From: a virus
Lineage: Duplodnaviria > Caudoviricetes
Direction: 5' to 3' (one strand)
IMG/VR virus record: IMGVR_UViG_3300020181_000029
Coordinates: 1 to 26,430 of that record
Length of the DNA: 26,430 nt
The translations under genes were made by a program, and so were the position numbers. Within the stretch, counting starts at the first letter, position 1. Each line of letters opens with the position of its first letter. The notes under the pieces were generated by a model. That model was not told the origin of the DNA and did not search any database. It was given only the letters and a program-made list of their open reading frames with translations. This document shows positions 8,293 to 17,235 of the stretch, in pieces.

Positions 8293-9552
8293 ATGGCACG
8301 TCCAGGTCCTTGGGATACTTCAGGCACTGCTAATAGCCTTGCTGATGCTATTCGTAGGCAGGCTGCTAGTCAGGCTAAGCAGGCTGAACAAAAGTCTGGA
8401 CTAGTAGACACTGGAGCTACAGCTGCGCCTGATCCTTTTCAGCAGCTTATGGATCAGATTCAAGGTATTAATGTAGAGGCTACTCCTTATGAGGCTCTGC
8501 TAAGGCAGGCTACGGGAAGTGCAGGGTCACAATATGATCCGCTCATTAAGCAACTCGAAGCGGAGATGTCTAGAACTAAGCAACGAGGGTCTGCTAACCA
8601 GGCAGAAGCTCGTGAAATGTATGGTGCTTTGGCTCAGGATATTGCAGCTCAAATGCCAGATATCACTAATCAAATGGCGGCTGCATCTCAGGAAACTGAA
8701 AATCGTTATAATCAGACTCAGGAACAGCTAAAGAGTCAGTATACTGATCAGGCAGCAGAACAAGCAGCACTTTATAAGCAGCTCGGTATTCAGGCTGCTA
8801 CACCTGAAGCTTCTCAGCAAACTAGAGAAGATCAGGCTTATTTTCAGAATCAGTCACAAAATGATGAAGCTGCTGCTTTGCAAATGTTGACTGAAATGAA
8901 GAACTCGGATGTTAGTTATAACCGAGAGTCTTCTAGTAATACTCGACTTGCTGGTGAGAATGTTGCACAGGATATTGCTGCACAGCTAGAGGATTACCTT
9001 CAAACTGCTGGTGGAAAGATGTCTGGTCTTAAAGCCGGACGAGAATCTACTATTCAGGCTATGTTGGCTCAGCTACAGCAGCAGGATTCTCAGCGTGTAG
9101 CACAGCAAGAAGAGACGGAATATGACCGTCTTATGGATATGTTTAATCTCCAGCTTAAGATGCAGGAGATGCAAAATGAGCAGGCTAATAGAGCTGCTCA
9201 GCTACAAAAGTCTAACCAGCTTTTTAAGGGGACTAATGGTCCTTCTGGAGCTAGTAACTACCTAAGTGAAATTTACGGCGGAGGAGATACATTTACCTCT
9301 AGTTCGATTATGGATGCCATTAATGATGTTATGGCCGATCCTTCAGTTATTGCAGGAAGTTACGAATCTGATCAAAAAGACCAATACGGTAATCCCATGC
9401 AGACTAAAGTCAATGACCAGTATATGATGGATCTTCTTAGACGACGTTTGTCCGGAGAAGGTCAAGGTCCACTTACTGGCTCTGATTTTAGTAACATGGA
9501 TATGAATAACGCTATTAATGCTCTTATGGCCTACATGGGGAAGTTGAAGTAA
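8293..9552 (+). CDS. Putative ejection protein (Q/A-rich coiled coil, 419 aa)
   Basis: Composition and position between the nozzle and a very large ORF match podoviral core/pilot proteins. Confidence 0.6.
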   Translation: MARPGPWDTSGTANSLADAIRRQAASQAKQAEQKSGLVDTGATAAPDPFQQLMDQIQGINVEATPYEALLRQATGSAGSQYDPLIKQLEAEMSRTKQRGSANQAEAREMYGALAQDIAAQMPDITNQMAAASQETENRYNQTQEQLKSQYTDQAAEQAALYKQLGIQAATPEASQQTREDQAYFQNQSQNDEAAALQMLTEMKNSDVSYNRESSSNTRLAGENVAQDIAAQLEDYLQTAGGKMSGLKAGRESTIQAMLAQLQQQDSQRVAQQEETEYDRLMDMFNLQLKMQEMQNEQANRAAQLQKSNQLFKGTNGPSGASNYLSEIYGGGDTFTSSSIMDAINDVMADPSVIAGSYESDQKDQYGNPMQTKVNDQYMMDLLRRRLSGEGQGPLTGSDFSNMDMNNAINALMAYMGKLK

Positions 9553-9750
9553 ATGACCTTTTCTCGCGAACCCATTATTTGGATAGGTTTCTTTATCGCG
9601 CTCCTGATGGTTCTTGCAGACTACTTTAATGGAGAACTTAATTGGACTAGTATGGATGCACTTCTTGTAGCTGCTGGGGCTGTTATTGGTCGTAACTTGG
9701 TTACTCCTGTAGCCAAGATTGTTGGACGTCACCGTAACGAAGAGGTCTAA
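9553..9750 (+). CDS. Holin-like small membrane protein
   Basis: 65 aa, two hydrophobic segments, 'REP' N-terminus, 'R..VTP' and a basic C-terminus, as in actinophage holin-like proteins. Confidence 0.6.
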   Translation: MTFSREPIIWIGFFIALLMVLADYFNGELNWTSMDALLVAAGAVIGRNLVTPVAKIVGRHRNEEV

Positions 9751-12700
9751 TGCTTGAGGGTTACAAGCCGATTGATTTTGGGAACATGTTTGCAAGTCAA
9801 CCAGTAGACTTGGGACAGGTTCGAAATCGTGTTGGTGTTTCTCAGGCAGCACTAAACATTCTCGCTAACTCAGAATTTAACAAGACTCCTATTAGTACCT
9901 TCTTGGCACAGGGACTTAACACTAAGGGTGAAGCACCTAAGCGTCAGCAAACGCTCTGGGGCCGTGTTGTAGACTTCCTTAGCTTTCCTACTTATGCTGT
10001 AGCTAATGCTGCCGATGACGCACTAGCAGGACATCAGTCAGATGATAATGACAGTGTTCTTAAGGACATTGGTCAAGTTATTGGTGGTGCAGTTACAGGA
10101 GCAGGACGCGGTGTTGGAACTGGTTTGCGTGGTGCTTTTGCATCTAGTGAAACAGCCGCTGATCCTATGGATAAGCAATATCTTGGTGATTTTCTTATTC
10201 GGCTAGATACACATATGTCTGCTGAAGATGCTATGAAACCTGAAAACCTTGAAGAGGTTAGAAGGCGTCTTGCTGATAAGAAGATTAACCAATTTAGTGA
10301 TGATGAAAAGAGCAAGTACTTCTACGACTGGGAAAAGGGTCGTGTAGAGGTATCTGATGAGGATATCGAGAAGTACTTTAAGGACATGAATATCTATGGT
10401 CTGGGAGCTTCTATTGTCTCAGACCCTCTTAACTTTGTTAAGGGCCCCACGGGTATTTTTAAGGGTAAGGGTGGGGCTGAAGTACCTGAAATTGTTTCTG
10501 GTACCTCAAATACTTACGAAGGATTTAAGTCACTTCCTGAAAGTACAGTTACCAATACTCCAGAATTTAGATTGCCTACTATGGGTAAGCAATCTGGAGA
10601 TTACAAGGTTAACCTTACTGGAGATATTCAGAATAGAGTAGCTAATCCGGCTACAGGAGAACTTGTAACTCCTCCTGAATGGTTTAATTTTCCACGCAGT
10701 ACTGACGAAATTAGTACTACATCTACCCCTGTAGCCGAAAAAATTATTGGTGCTCCTGTAGCCAACGAGACTGATGAACTTCTAGATGCTATTATTAACC
10801 CTGGGTTTACCGGCGAAGGTTGGGCTTCTAAGGTTGATAACCCCATTGAAGGTAAGCGTCTTGGTGGAGAATCTATAGAGGTACCAAAATACCAGCGACG
10901 TATTGTTAGAAATTACTCTAATCCTAAGAAGATTAGTGAATTCGCTGGAGACCTTCTTAAGCGTGCGGCTACAGGGAATTTTGCAAATGCTGTAGAACGA
11001 CTTAGTTCTAAGCATCCTGGTGTTAAGTTTACTAATGCTGCTGAAACTATTCAGCGTTTTTCTAAGATTCCTGATTTTACTAAGCGTCTAGGTAACCAGG
11101 CTGAACGTAAGAAGATCTTTAACGCTCTTGGTGCGGCTATCCATAAGGATGTACAACTTCTTGCTCAACCTACTGTAGTTAACACTGCTGAGAAGATTAT
11201 TAACGATGCTACAGAGGTTGGGCCTATCGCGCTCGATCGTCTTGTAGAAGGAATTAAGCCTATACCTACTAAGAATCCTACACGTGATATTAAAGCTGTT
11301 AATGATGTCTATGCTAAATTTGAGGATCAGATTCTTGGCGCTGGAACTCCTAGCGGTCTACGTAATCCTGAGAAGTGGACTGCTGCTGTAACTAGCGGTA
11401 AGAATGTTCGCTATTCTGGACCTCAGCAAGTTCAGATGTGGAATTATATTACTTCTGTTCTTCTTAAGAATGTAAAGACTCCGAACCGTTTTGCTAAGGC
11501 TAATAGTATTCTTCAGCAGGTTGAGAATGCTTTTATGTCTCGTAAAGCTATTCCTATGTCTAGTTTTAAGACTAAGGGTTCTGTTCCTATTAGGCTTAGT
11601 CAGGTACTAGAAGCTATTGGTCCTGCTGCCGCAGCTATGGATAGAACACTACTTACTGCAATTCTTCGAGGTGATCCTGAAGCACTTGCTAAACTTCCTG
11701 CTGAAGTTGTTCAGCGAATTGAGGAGTTTAAAGCCGGTGAGGCTATTGTAGATGGTACTAATGTAATTAAGGGTATTGACGCAACTAAGCCTACTATTGA
11801 GGAACTCATTAAGGGACCGCTTAGCGCGGCTCGTCAAGAGGAAATTGTAACCATTGGTTCTAAGGTTGCAGATGATATCGCGCAAATGGCCGGGGGATCT
11901 CCTGTAGCCGGAGCTAAAGCATCTACTGCAATTATTGATGAATTTATCCCTAAAGCGCCTGGAGATGGTTTTCCAGTCACTAATACTATAGCTCTTATTA
12001 GTCATCCTGATGTATCTCCTGCATTGCTTAAGCGTTACTCTAATGCTCCCTCTGTAGCCAAGGCAATTGCTAAAGCTATTGATAGCCCTCCGCCTAGTCG
12101 TCTAGGTAAACTAATTGAAGCTACAGGAGCACGTGTTCCTGAATGGCTTGGAGCACGATTTAACGCAGCTTATAAGAACGCAGATATGCGTCCTACTTAT
12201 CTTAGAGAAGCTGCAATGGCTAAAGCTACAGTTGCACTAAGAGCACAGAATCTTAATAATCTGGCCAAACGGTACGATATAAACGATGTTGACCTCTGGA
12301 ACGACGCCCTGAAGGGTGCACAGGGCCGCCTCGTACCTGTACCGGAGACCCAATCTGCGGAGCTTGCCAAAGAGATTCAGGCTATTATGGAGAATCTTTT
12401 TGGTAGCTCTGGACTTAAAGCTTCTGTAGCTCTAGAAAATAGTGTAGTTGGTCGTACTCAGTTGTTTATGAAAGAGCTTAACGCTAACCTTCATAGATTT
12501 GGACTGGGAGAGTACCAGTTTAGTAAGGGTAAAAAGCCTAACGCTAAAAAGGGTGAAACCAATCCGTACTATGAAGGTACTAATTGGCTTAACTCATGGG
12601 AATCTTGGGAAATTAAGAAGCCTCTCGAATTCTTGTTTAAGGTACAGAACGTAGTTGAGCATACTGTTCGTGAAAAGGTTATGTTTGACGATCTTGTTGC

Positions 12701-14090
12701 TCGCTTTGGTTCTAAGGTTAAGGGTCCAGAATTCAGTCATACTGTAGATAGTCATCCTAGGCTTAAGGGCTATTATTTTGGTCCCAGAGCTGCGGAACAA
12801 GTAGAGCAGTTTGTTAAGAACCTTAAGGATATTAGCCACCCTTCCTCTAAGGCTATGCAGAACTTTGATAACGTTCTGAGTAAGTGGAAGGCTGGTGTGA
12901 CTATCTATATCCCGTCACACCATATTCGCAATATGATTGGTGATGTTTACTTTAACTGGTTGGCTGGAGTTAATTCTACCCGACCCTATAGTTCAGCTCT
13001 TAAGGTAATGCAGTCTCAGAGTATGCGTTATGAAGGTATTAAGAGTCAGGGACTTGCAGGTATTGATAAACTAGTAGATCCCAATACACTTAAGAAGCTG
13101 GCTACAGGAAGTATGCCTAGCACTCCCCAAGGTAAGCAGATCGCGCTAACTATGCGTAATGGTCAGCATATTACTAATGATATGGTGTATGTTTCTGCAT
13201 TTCAGCAGGGTATTCTTCCTACTACTCGTGTACTTGAAGATATTCCTGATGATGTAGCTACAGGATTTGAAAAGATTAAGCCTCTTGGTGGTCGTGGGCA
13301 AAAGGCAGCACATAGTCTGTCTGAAGGACGCGATCATTATGTCCGTCTTGCACACTATATTGACGCCCTTAAGAAGTCTAATAAAAGCTTTGAAGCTGCC
13401 CAAGCTGATGCAGCCTCTATTGTTAGGAAATGGCATCCTGACGGTATGGACCTTACTAAGTTCGAACGTAATGCTATGCGTCGAATGTTTCCTTTCTATT
13501 CTTGGACGCGTAAGGCATTTCCACTTATTGTTGAATCTTTTGTAGCCACGCCCGGTAAGATTATGGCGTATCCCAAGGCTCAATATCTTCTTCAGAATGC
13601 GATGGGTATTGAAACTGGTCCTATGTCTGATCCCTTCCCTTATGACCAGTTGTTTCCTGACTGGATTAGGGAGAAGGGTATTGGACCAGTTATGGGAGGC
13701 CCTGGAGATTACACAGTAATTAACCCTAGTAACCCTACTATGGATGTTATGGCTCAGCTACAGAATCCAGGAAAATCTGTACTGGGAATGATTAACCCAG
13801 CTGCACGTATTCCTTTTGAATTGGGTTCTGGTACTGAAGTACAAACAGGCGCGCCGCTAGAGGGACGTACTACTGACTACCTTATTAAGCAGATTCCTGG
13901 ACTAAGTCACGCAGGTCGAGCTACAGGAGAATTTGGCGTATCAGAAACTACGAAGGAGAATAGCTCTGGGTATAATTTCCAGAACATAGCTAACATGCTC
14001 ACCGCGATGGGTATGCAAAATACTGGACCCTACATTAAGAGTGCAGAATTTGATCTTCGAGATTACATGAGGAGCCTCCGTGGCAATTGA
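9750..14090 (+). CDS. Large internal virion / DNA-ejection protein (1446 aa)
   Basis: Size and position; C-terminal helical region with 'P.HHIRNMIGD' and 'LT.FER..MRR.FPFYSW.RK..P' motifs seen in large podoviral ejection proteins; no tape-measure repeats. Confidence 0.7.
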   Translation: MLEGYKPIDFGNMFASQPVDLGQVRNRVGVSQAALNILANSEFNKTPISTFLAQGLNTKGEAPKRQQTLWGRVVDFLSFPTYAVANAADDALAGHQSDDNDSVLKDIGQVIGGAVTGAGRGVGTGLRGAFASSETAADPMDKQYLGDFLIRLDTHMSAEDAMKPENLEEVRRRLADKKINQFSDDEKSKYFYDWEKGRVEVSDEDIEKYFKDMNIYGLGASIVSDPLNFVKGPTGIFKGKGGAEVPEIVSGTSNTYEGFKSLPESTVTNTPEFRLPTMGKQSGDYKVNLTGDIQNRVANPATGELVTPPEWFNFPRSTDEISTTSTPVAEKIIGAPVANETDELLDAIINPGFTGEGWASKVDNPIEGKRLGGESIEVPKYQRRIVRNYSNPKKISEFAGDLLKRAATGNFANAVERLSSKHPGVKFTNAAETIQRFSKIPDFTKRLGNQAERKKIFNALGAAIHKDVQLLAQPTVVNTAEKIINDATEVGPIALDRLVEGIKPIPTKNPTRDIKAVNDVYAKFEDQILGAGTPSGLRNPEKWTAAVTSGKNVRYSGPQQVQMWNYITSVLLKNVKTPNRFAKANSILQQVENAFMSRKAIPMSSFKTKGSVPIRLSQVLEAIGPAAAAMDRTLLTAILRGDPEALAKLPAEVVQRIEEFKAGEAIVDGTNVIKGIDATKPTIEELIKGPLSAARQEEIVTIGSKVADDIAQMAGGSPVAGAKASTAIIDEFIPKAPGDGFPVTNTIALISHPDVSPALLKRYSNAPSVAKAIAKAIDSPPPSRLGKLIEATGARVPEWLGARFNAAYKNADMRPTYLREAAMAKATVALRAQNLNNLAKRYDINDVDLWNDALKGAQGRLVPVPETQSAELAKEIQAIMENLFGSSGLKASVALENSVVGRTQLFMKELNANLHRFGLGEYQFSKGKKPNAKKGETNPYYEGTNWLNSWESWEIKKPLEFLFKVQNVVEHTVREKVMFDDLVARFGSKVKGPEFSHTVDSHPRLKGYYFGPRAAEQVEQFVKNLKDISHPSSKAMQNFDNVLSKWKAGVTIYIPSHHIRNMIGDVYFNWLAGVNSTRPYSSALKVMQSQSMRYEGIKSQGLAGIDKLVDPNTLKKLATGSMPSTPQGKQIALTMRNGQHITNDMVYVSAFQQGILPTTRVLEDIPDDVATGFEKIKPLGGRGQKAAHSLSEGRDHYVRLAHYIDALKKSNKSFEAAQADAASIVRKWHPDGMDLTKFERNAMRRMFPFYSWTRKAFPLIVESFVATPGKIMAYPKAQYLLQNAMGIETGPMSDPFPYDQLFPDWIREKGIGPVMGGPGDYTVINPSNPTMDVMAQLQNPGKSVLGMINPAARIPFELGSGTEVQTGAPLEGRTTDYLIKQIPGLSHAGRATGEFGVSETTKENSSGYNFQNIANMLTAMGMQNTGPYIKSAEFDLRDYMRSLRGN

Positions 14091-14949
14091 AGATTTCCTC
14101 AATACTTACCAGCAAGCTATGTTTAACAAGAAGCTGGTAAATCCTCTTAATAGACGTACTAATTCTCCTAGAAGTCCGCAACTGGGAATTAATAACCCTC
14201 AGCGAGAAATTACTCCTACAGCTTCTTTTGGTTCGTCTATTCCTGAGTGGCTTAGTTCCAGAACTTCTGGAGCCCTTGACAGGTATATGACTCAAAAGGG
14301 TGAGAGAACTTCTGCAATAGCCTCTGATTACGCTGATAAGGCTGCTGGACAAATCCCTACTAATGAGTGGGGTATTGTTCAGGATAAGATGACTAACTTC
14401 TCTGATTACTTTAACAAGCAGCTACAGGCTGTAGATGATTATGGTAAAGCTGTGCTAGGCCAGGAAGAAGCTAAAGCACGCTGGCAATCTATGCAACAGC
14501 AAGCAGAAATGAATGCTGGCTATAATATCCAGTGGACTAATGCAGCTACAGCAGGAGCTTCAGGTAATAATGCTGGAGCTAAAGCTGTATCTATCGCGAT
14601 GAAAGCCCAGGGTACTCCATACGCCTGGGGAGGTAATTCACTCACTAGAGGAGTGGACTGCTCTGGGCTAGTTCAACAGGTTTATAAGCAGATGGGTATT
14701 AATCTGCCACGCACTACTTATGATCAGGCTAAATCTGGTAAGGTAATTAGTACTGGTGCCTTGCTTCCTGGAGACCTGGTGTTCTATAATACAGGAAGTA
14801 ACGACCCTAATGGTATTGGTAGCCTTAGTCACGTAGGTATCTATATCGGTAATGGTCAAATTATCCACTCACCAGGACGTGGTAGGTCAGTCGTAGTTAC
14901 TTCGATGAATAATCCTGGTAAACCTGCAAGGGCGGTTAGGCCGTGGTAG
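14080..14949 (+). CDS. NlpC/P60 (C40) peptidoglycan endopeptidase with long N-terminal extension
   Basis: GTPYAWGG...GVDCSGLVQQVY...LPRTT..Q...PGDLVFY...HVGIYIGNGQIIHS contains the catalytic Cys/His/His; GTG start with GAGGAG RBS. Confidence 0.93.
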   Translation: MAIEDFLNTYQQAMFNKKLVNPLNRRTNSPRSPQLGINNPQREITPTASFGSSIPEWLSSRTSGALDRYMTQKGERTSAIASDYADKAAGQIPTNEWGIVQDKMTNFSDYFNKQLQAVDDYGKAVLGQEEAKARWQSMQQQAEMNAGYNIQWTNAATAGASGNNAGAKAVSIAMKAQGTPYAWGGNSLTRGVDCSGLVQQVYKQMGINLPRTTYDQAKSGKVISTGALLPGDLVFYNTGSNDPNGIGSLSHVGIYIGNGQIIHSPGRGRSVVVTSMNNPGKPARAVRPW

Positions 14950-15506
14950 ATGCATTTAGTGGTAACTTTGATGGCTTCATTAGCGAGCTAAATAACATTA
15001 CAAATAAGGGGAGGTATGACGTAGCGCCTAAGCTTAAGCCAGTCAAACCTAAGACTATTAATCTTCAAATGCCTGGTCTTCCAGCCGCTCAGTATAGTGG
15101 TGGGGGAACAAGCGGAGGTCCTACAGGCGGATCACAACTCGATAGACTCATGCGAGCTATTCGATCCCAAGAATCTAATAACAATTATAAAGCTTACAAC
15201 AGTATGTATGGAGCTTCCGGTGCATACCAGATTCTCAAATCTAATTTTGCAGGATCTGGGGGCTGGGATAGAGAAGCACTTGGATACGATGTTTCGTATT
15301 CACAGTTCATGAATAGTCCACAAATTCAGGATACTATTGCACGGTATAAGCTGGGTATTTACCTTAAGAAGTATGGAGCTGCTGGAGCTGCTGTAGCTTG
15401 GTATGGAGGACCTGGTGCAGTAAGTAATATGCATTCTAAGCGGACTCAGACTGGAGGTTATCCAAGCATTTATTCGTACTGGAATTCCGTCCTCGCAAAG
15501 ATGTAA
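14943..15506 (+). CDS. Lytic transglycosylase / lysozyme-like protein
   Basis: 'AIRSQESNNNY.A.N...GASGAYQI' with the catalytic Glu, plus 'AAVAWYGGPG'; Gly-rich linker before the domain. Confidence 0.85.
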   Translation: MVDAFSGNFDGFISELNNITNKGRYDVAPKLKPVKPKTINLQMPGLPAAQYSGGGTSGGPTGGSQLDRLMRAIRSQESNNNYKAYNSMYGASGAYQILKSNFAGSGGWDREALGYDVSYSQFMNSPQIQDTIARYKLGIYLKKYGAAGAAVAWYGGPGAVSNMHSKRTQTGGYPSIYSYWNSVLAKM

Positions 15507-15513
15507 GAGGCTT

Positions 15514-15774
15514 ATGAGAGACGAATCTAATGGCCTGGATATACCTGAAAGCAATAGAGAAATTGCACTACATCTACTAGCTATTAAACTTCAATTTACT
15601 GATCTTAAAACTACAGTCAATAACCGACTTGACACTTTGGAGACTCAGGTTTCCAACGTGGAAGAAGGTGTCAACCAGAGACGTTTCAAAGCTCAAGATA
15701 TACTGGTGAGTAGCTTGATTCTTCCTGTTGTGGGAGGTACTCTGTTGTTTCTACTCACCAAAGCTCTAGGCTAG
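15514..15774 (+). CDS. Small coiled-coil protein with C-terminal transmembrane helix (possible lysis accessory)
   Basis: Heptad segment followed by hydrophobic ILVSSLILPVVGGTLLFLL. Confidence 0.6.
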   Translation: MRDESNGLDIPESNREIALHLLAIKLQFTDLKTTVNNRLDTLETQVSNVEEGVNQRRFKAQDILVSSLILPVVGGTLLFLLTKALG

Positions 15775-15812
15775 CGGGGATTAGACGTAGCGCTAGAGTA
15801 AGTACGGCGGGG

Positions 15813-16100
15813 GTGCGCCATATGAGTATGCCAACCCAAGACGGGGTGTTTTTGTGGCAAACTGAGGCTAAATGTGGTGGTACTGAAACCTCTAAGTTCT
15901 TTGATGAAGAACGTGAGGCGAAAAAGATATGCGGTACTTGTCCTGTAAAAGTAGAGTGCCTGCAAGACGCTCTTATATATAATTACGATGGTGTCTGGGG
16001 GGGCACTACGTATAGGGAGCGTAGAAAAATCAAGCACGTAGACTTTATGCGTGATGATTACAAAGAGGCCGGCCTTTATAATCCAGCTCTAAAGGTCTAG
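15813..16100 (+). CDS. whiB: WhiB-family transcription factor
   Basis: Four Cys (AKC...AKKICGTCPVKVECL) and GVWGGTT..ERR; start may be GTG 15813 or ATG 15822/15828. Confidence 0.92.
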   Translation: MRHMSMPTQDGVFLWQTEAKCGGTETSKFFDEEREAKKICGTCPVKVECLQDALIYNYDGVWGGTTYRERRKIKHVDFMRDDYKEAGLYNPALKV

Positions 16101-16103
16101 CCC

Positions 16104-16156
16104 AAACAAAAGAAGCCCCTGTAGCAACTATGGCTACAGGGGCTTCAGTGTGTTTT
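16104..16156. terminator. Bidirectional intrinsic terminator between the convergent arms
   Basis: GAAGCCCCTGTAGC-aactatg-GCTACAGGGGCTTC (14-bp stem, 16112-16146); A-tract on the left, TGTGTTTT on the right. Confidence 0.85.
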
Positions 16157-16158
16157 AG

Positions 16159-16362
16159 CTAGTCTTCGTTATCATGAGTAAACTTAATGTGAATTGCTCC
16201 AGTCATAGGATTATAGTTTACATCACTGATTACGTAAAGGTCTCCCTCTTCATCTTCGATTTGAACAATAAGATTCTCTGTACTAACATCAAACGATTCG
16301 TTAGCGATCGCGGTAGATGCAGTAAGCATCTGGTCGAAATCGTTAAGCTTAAGGTCAGCCAT
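16159..16362 (-). CDS. Hypothetical acidic protein (67 aa)
   Basis: RBS AGGAGAAGGA; last gene before the terminator. Confidence 0.7.
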   Translation of the reverse strand: MADLKLNDFDQMLTASTAIANESFDVSTENLIVQIEDEEGDLYVISDVNYNPMTGAIHIKFTHDNED

Positions 16363-16504
16363 TTTCCTTCTCCTTTACCTTGTGGATTGAGTCATGAAAT
16401 CCCCACCCACAACGAGCGCAGCAAATAGAATCCTGAGCTTCTTGGAAATTATGAATTCCCCAAAACTCTTGCTCTTCCTTACTGCTAACTACTTCTTCAT
16501 TCAT
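16355..16504 (-). CDS. Small Cys/His protein (49 aa; H...CARC...H..IH)
   Basis: The ATG at 16504 overlaps the upstream stop; probable Zn-binding mini-domain. Confidence 0.6.
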   Translation of the reverse strand: MNEEVVSSKEEQEFWGIHNFQEAQDSICCARCGWGFHDSIHKVKEKENG

Positions 16505-17063
16505 CTTCGAGAGTCTCCAATTCTTGCCTAAGTTCCTTGATACGCTCTTCTTTAGCTTCATCCTGAGTTTCTGCTAGGTCACTCAGTTTAAAACCTTCCT
16601 TATACGGTACTTCAGGTACGTACTTATCTTCGTCGATTTCTACATGCTCAGAACTAAACAGCGCGGCCGTAGCTTCAACTCCGATAATTTTTGGAACGTA
16701 TCCCTTACCCTTAGCATTCCAACGTTGTGACATTGGACGCCTATGGAAATTCCAAATAATACCGTATTCAGCTAGTGCTTCAGCACGGCATTTATCGGAG
16801 CAGTAATTGACTGCTGAATACGTGTGAAGGAAAAGTCCCTCACAATTCTTACAGACCTTTTGTTGAAACCCTGCACCCTTAGTTTCAATATAGAAGATTA
16901 CAGATTCGGCCTCAATCTCATGCCTAATCTGAGCCTCTTCACCGATCTCTGTTAGGGGAACCTCCTCTAGTAGGTTATCAATATTGATACCCAATGTATT
17001 CGCCAATTTAGCAAGGCGATCCATCTCGTTCTTTTGTGTATTTTTACGCCTACGAGGTGGCAT
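16497..17063 (-). CDS. Hypothetical protein with treble-clef-like Zn motif (CKNC...YCSDKC)
   Basis: ATG at 17063 with AAGGA RBS; basic N-terminus, acidic C-terminus. Confidence 0.7.
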   Translation of the reverse strand: MPPRRRKNTQKNEMDRLAKLANTLGINIDNLLEEVPLTEIGEEAQIRHEIEAESVIFYIETKGAGFQQKVCKNCEGLFLHTYSAVNYCSDKCRAEALAEYGIIWNFHRRPMSQRWNAKGKGYVPKIIGVEATAALFSSEHVEIDEDKYVPEVPYKEGFKLSDLAETQDEAKEERIKELRQELETLEDE

Positions 17064-17235
17064 TAATTTCCTTCTTACATTCGTGTGTAATAGCAGCAAG
17101 GTAAGCATCCTCCAAAGTTCGGAGTTCTTTCTTACCTCTAATTACATGCTTTCCACAGGCTCTACAAACAATGGCTACAGTAAGATTGCCTCGAATGCGA
17201 ACTGTACGTACACTAAATTTTAGAAGCTCATTCAA
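17050..17235 (-). CDS. Small Zn-finger-like protein (CRAC...HEC)
   Basis: Overlaps both neighbours in operon style. Confidence 0.6.
   Translation of the reverse strand: MNELLKFSVRTVRIRGNLTVAIVCRACGKHVIRGKKELRTLEDAYLAAITHECKKEINATS

Noticed and set aside
9750-14090. Tape-measure protein or virion RNA polymerase
   Set aside because: No tape-measure periodicity, tail tube or chaperone genes, and no RNA polymerase catalytic motifs recognised; context fits an ejection protein.
15775-15812. Dedicated promoter for whiB
   Set aside because: TAGAGT could be a -10 element but has no properly spaced -35; not supportable.
990-16311. HIP1 octamer GCGATCGC (990, 16304) and several ATCGCG/CGCGAT hexamers
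   Set aside because: Only two octamers, and the hexamer count is not clearly above chance; WhiB argues against a cyanobacterial host.
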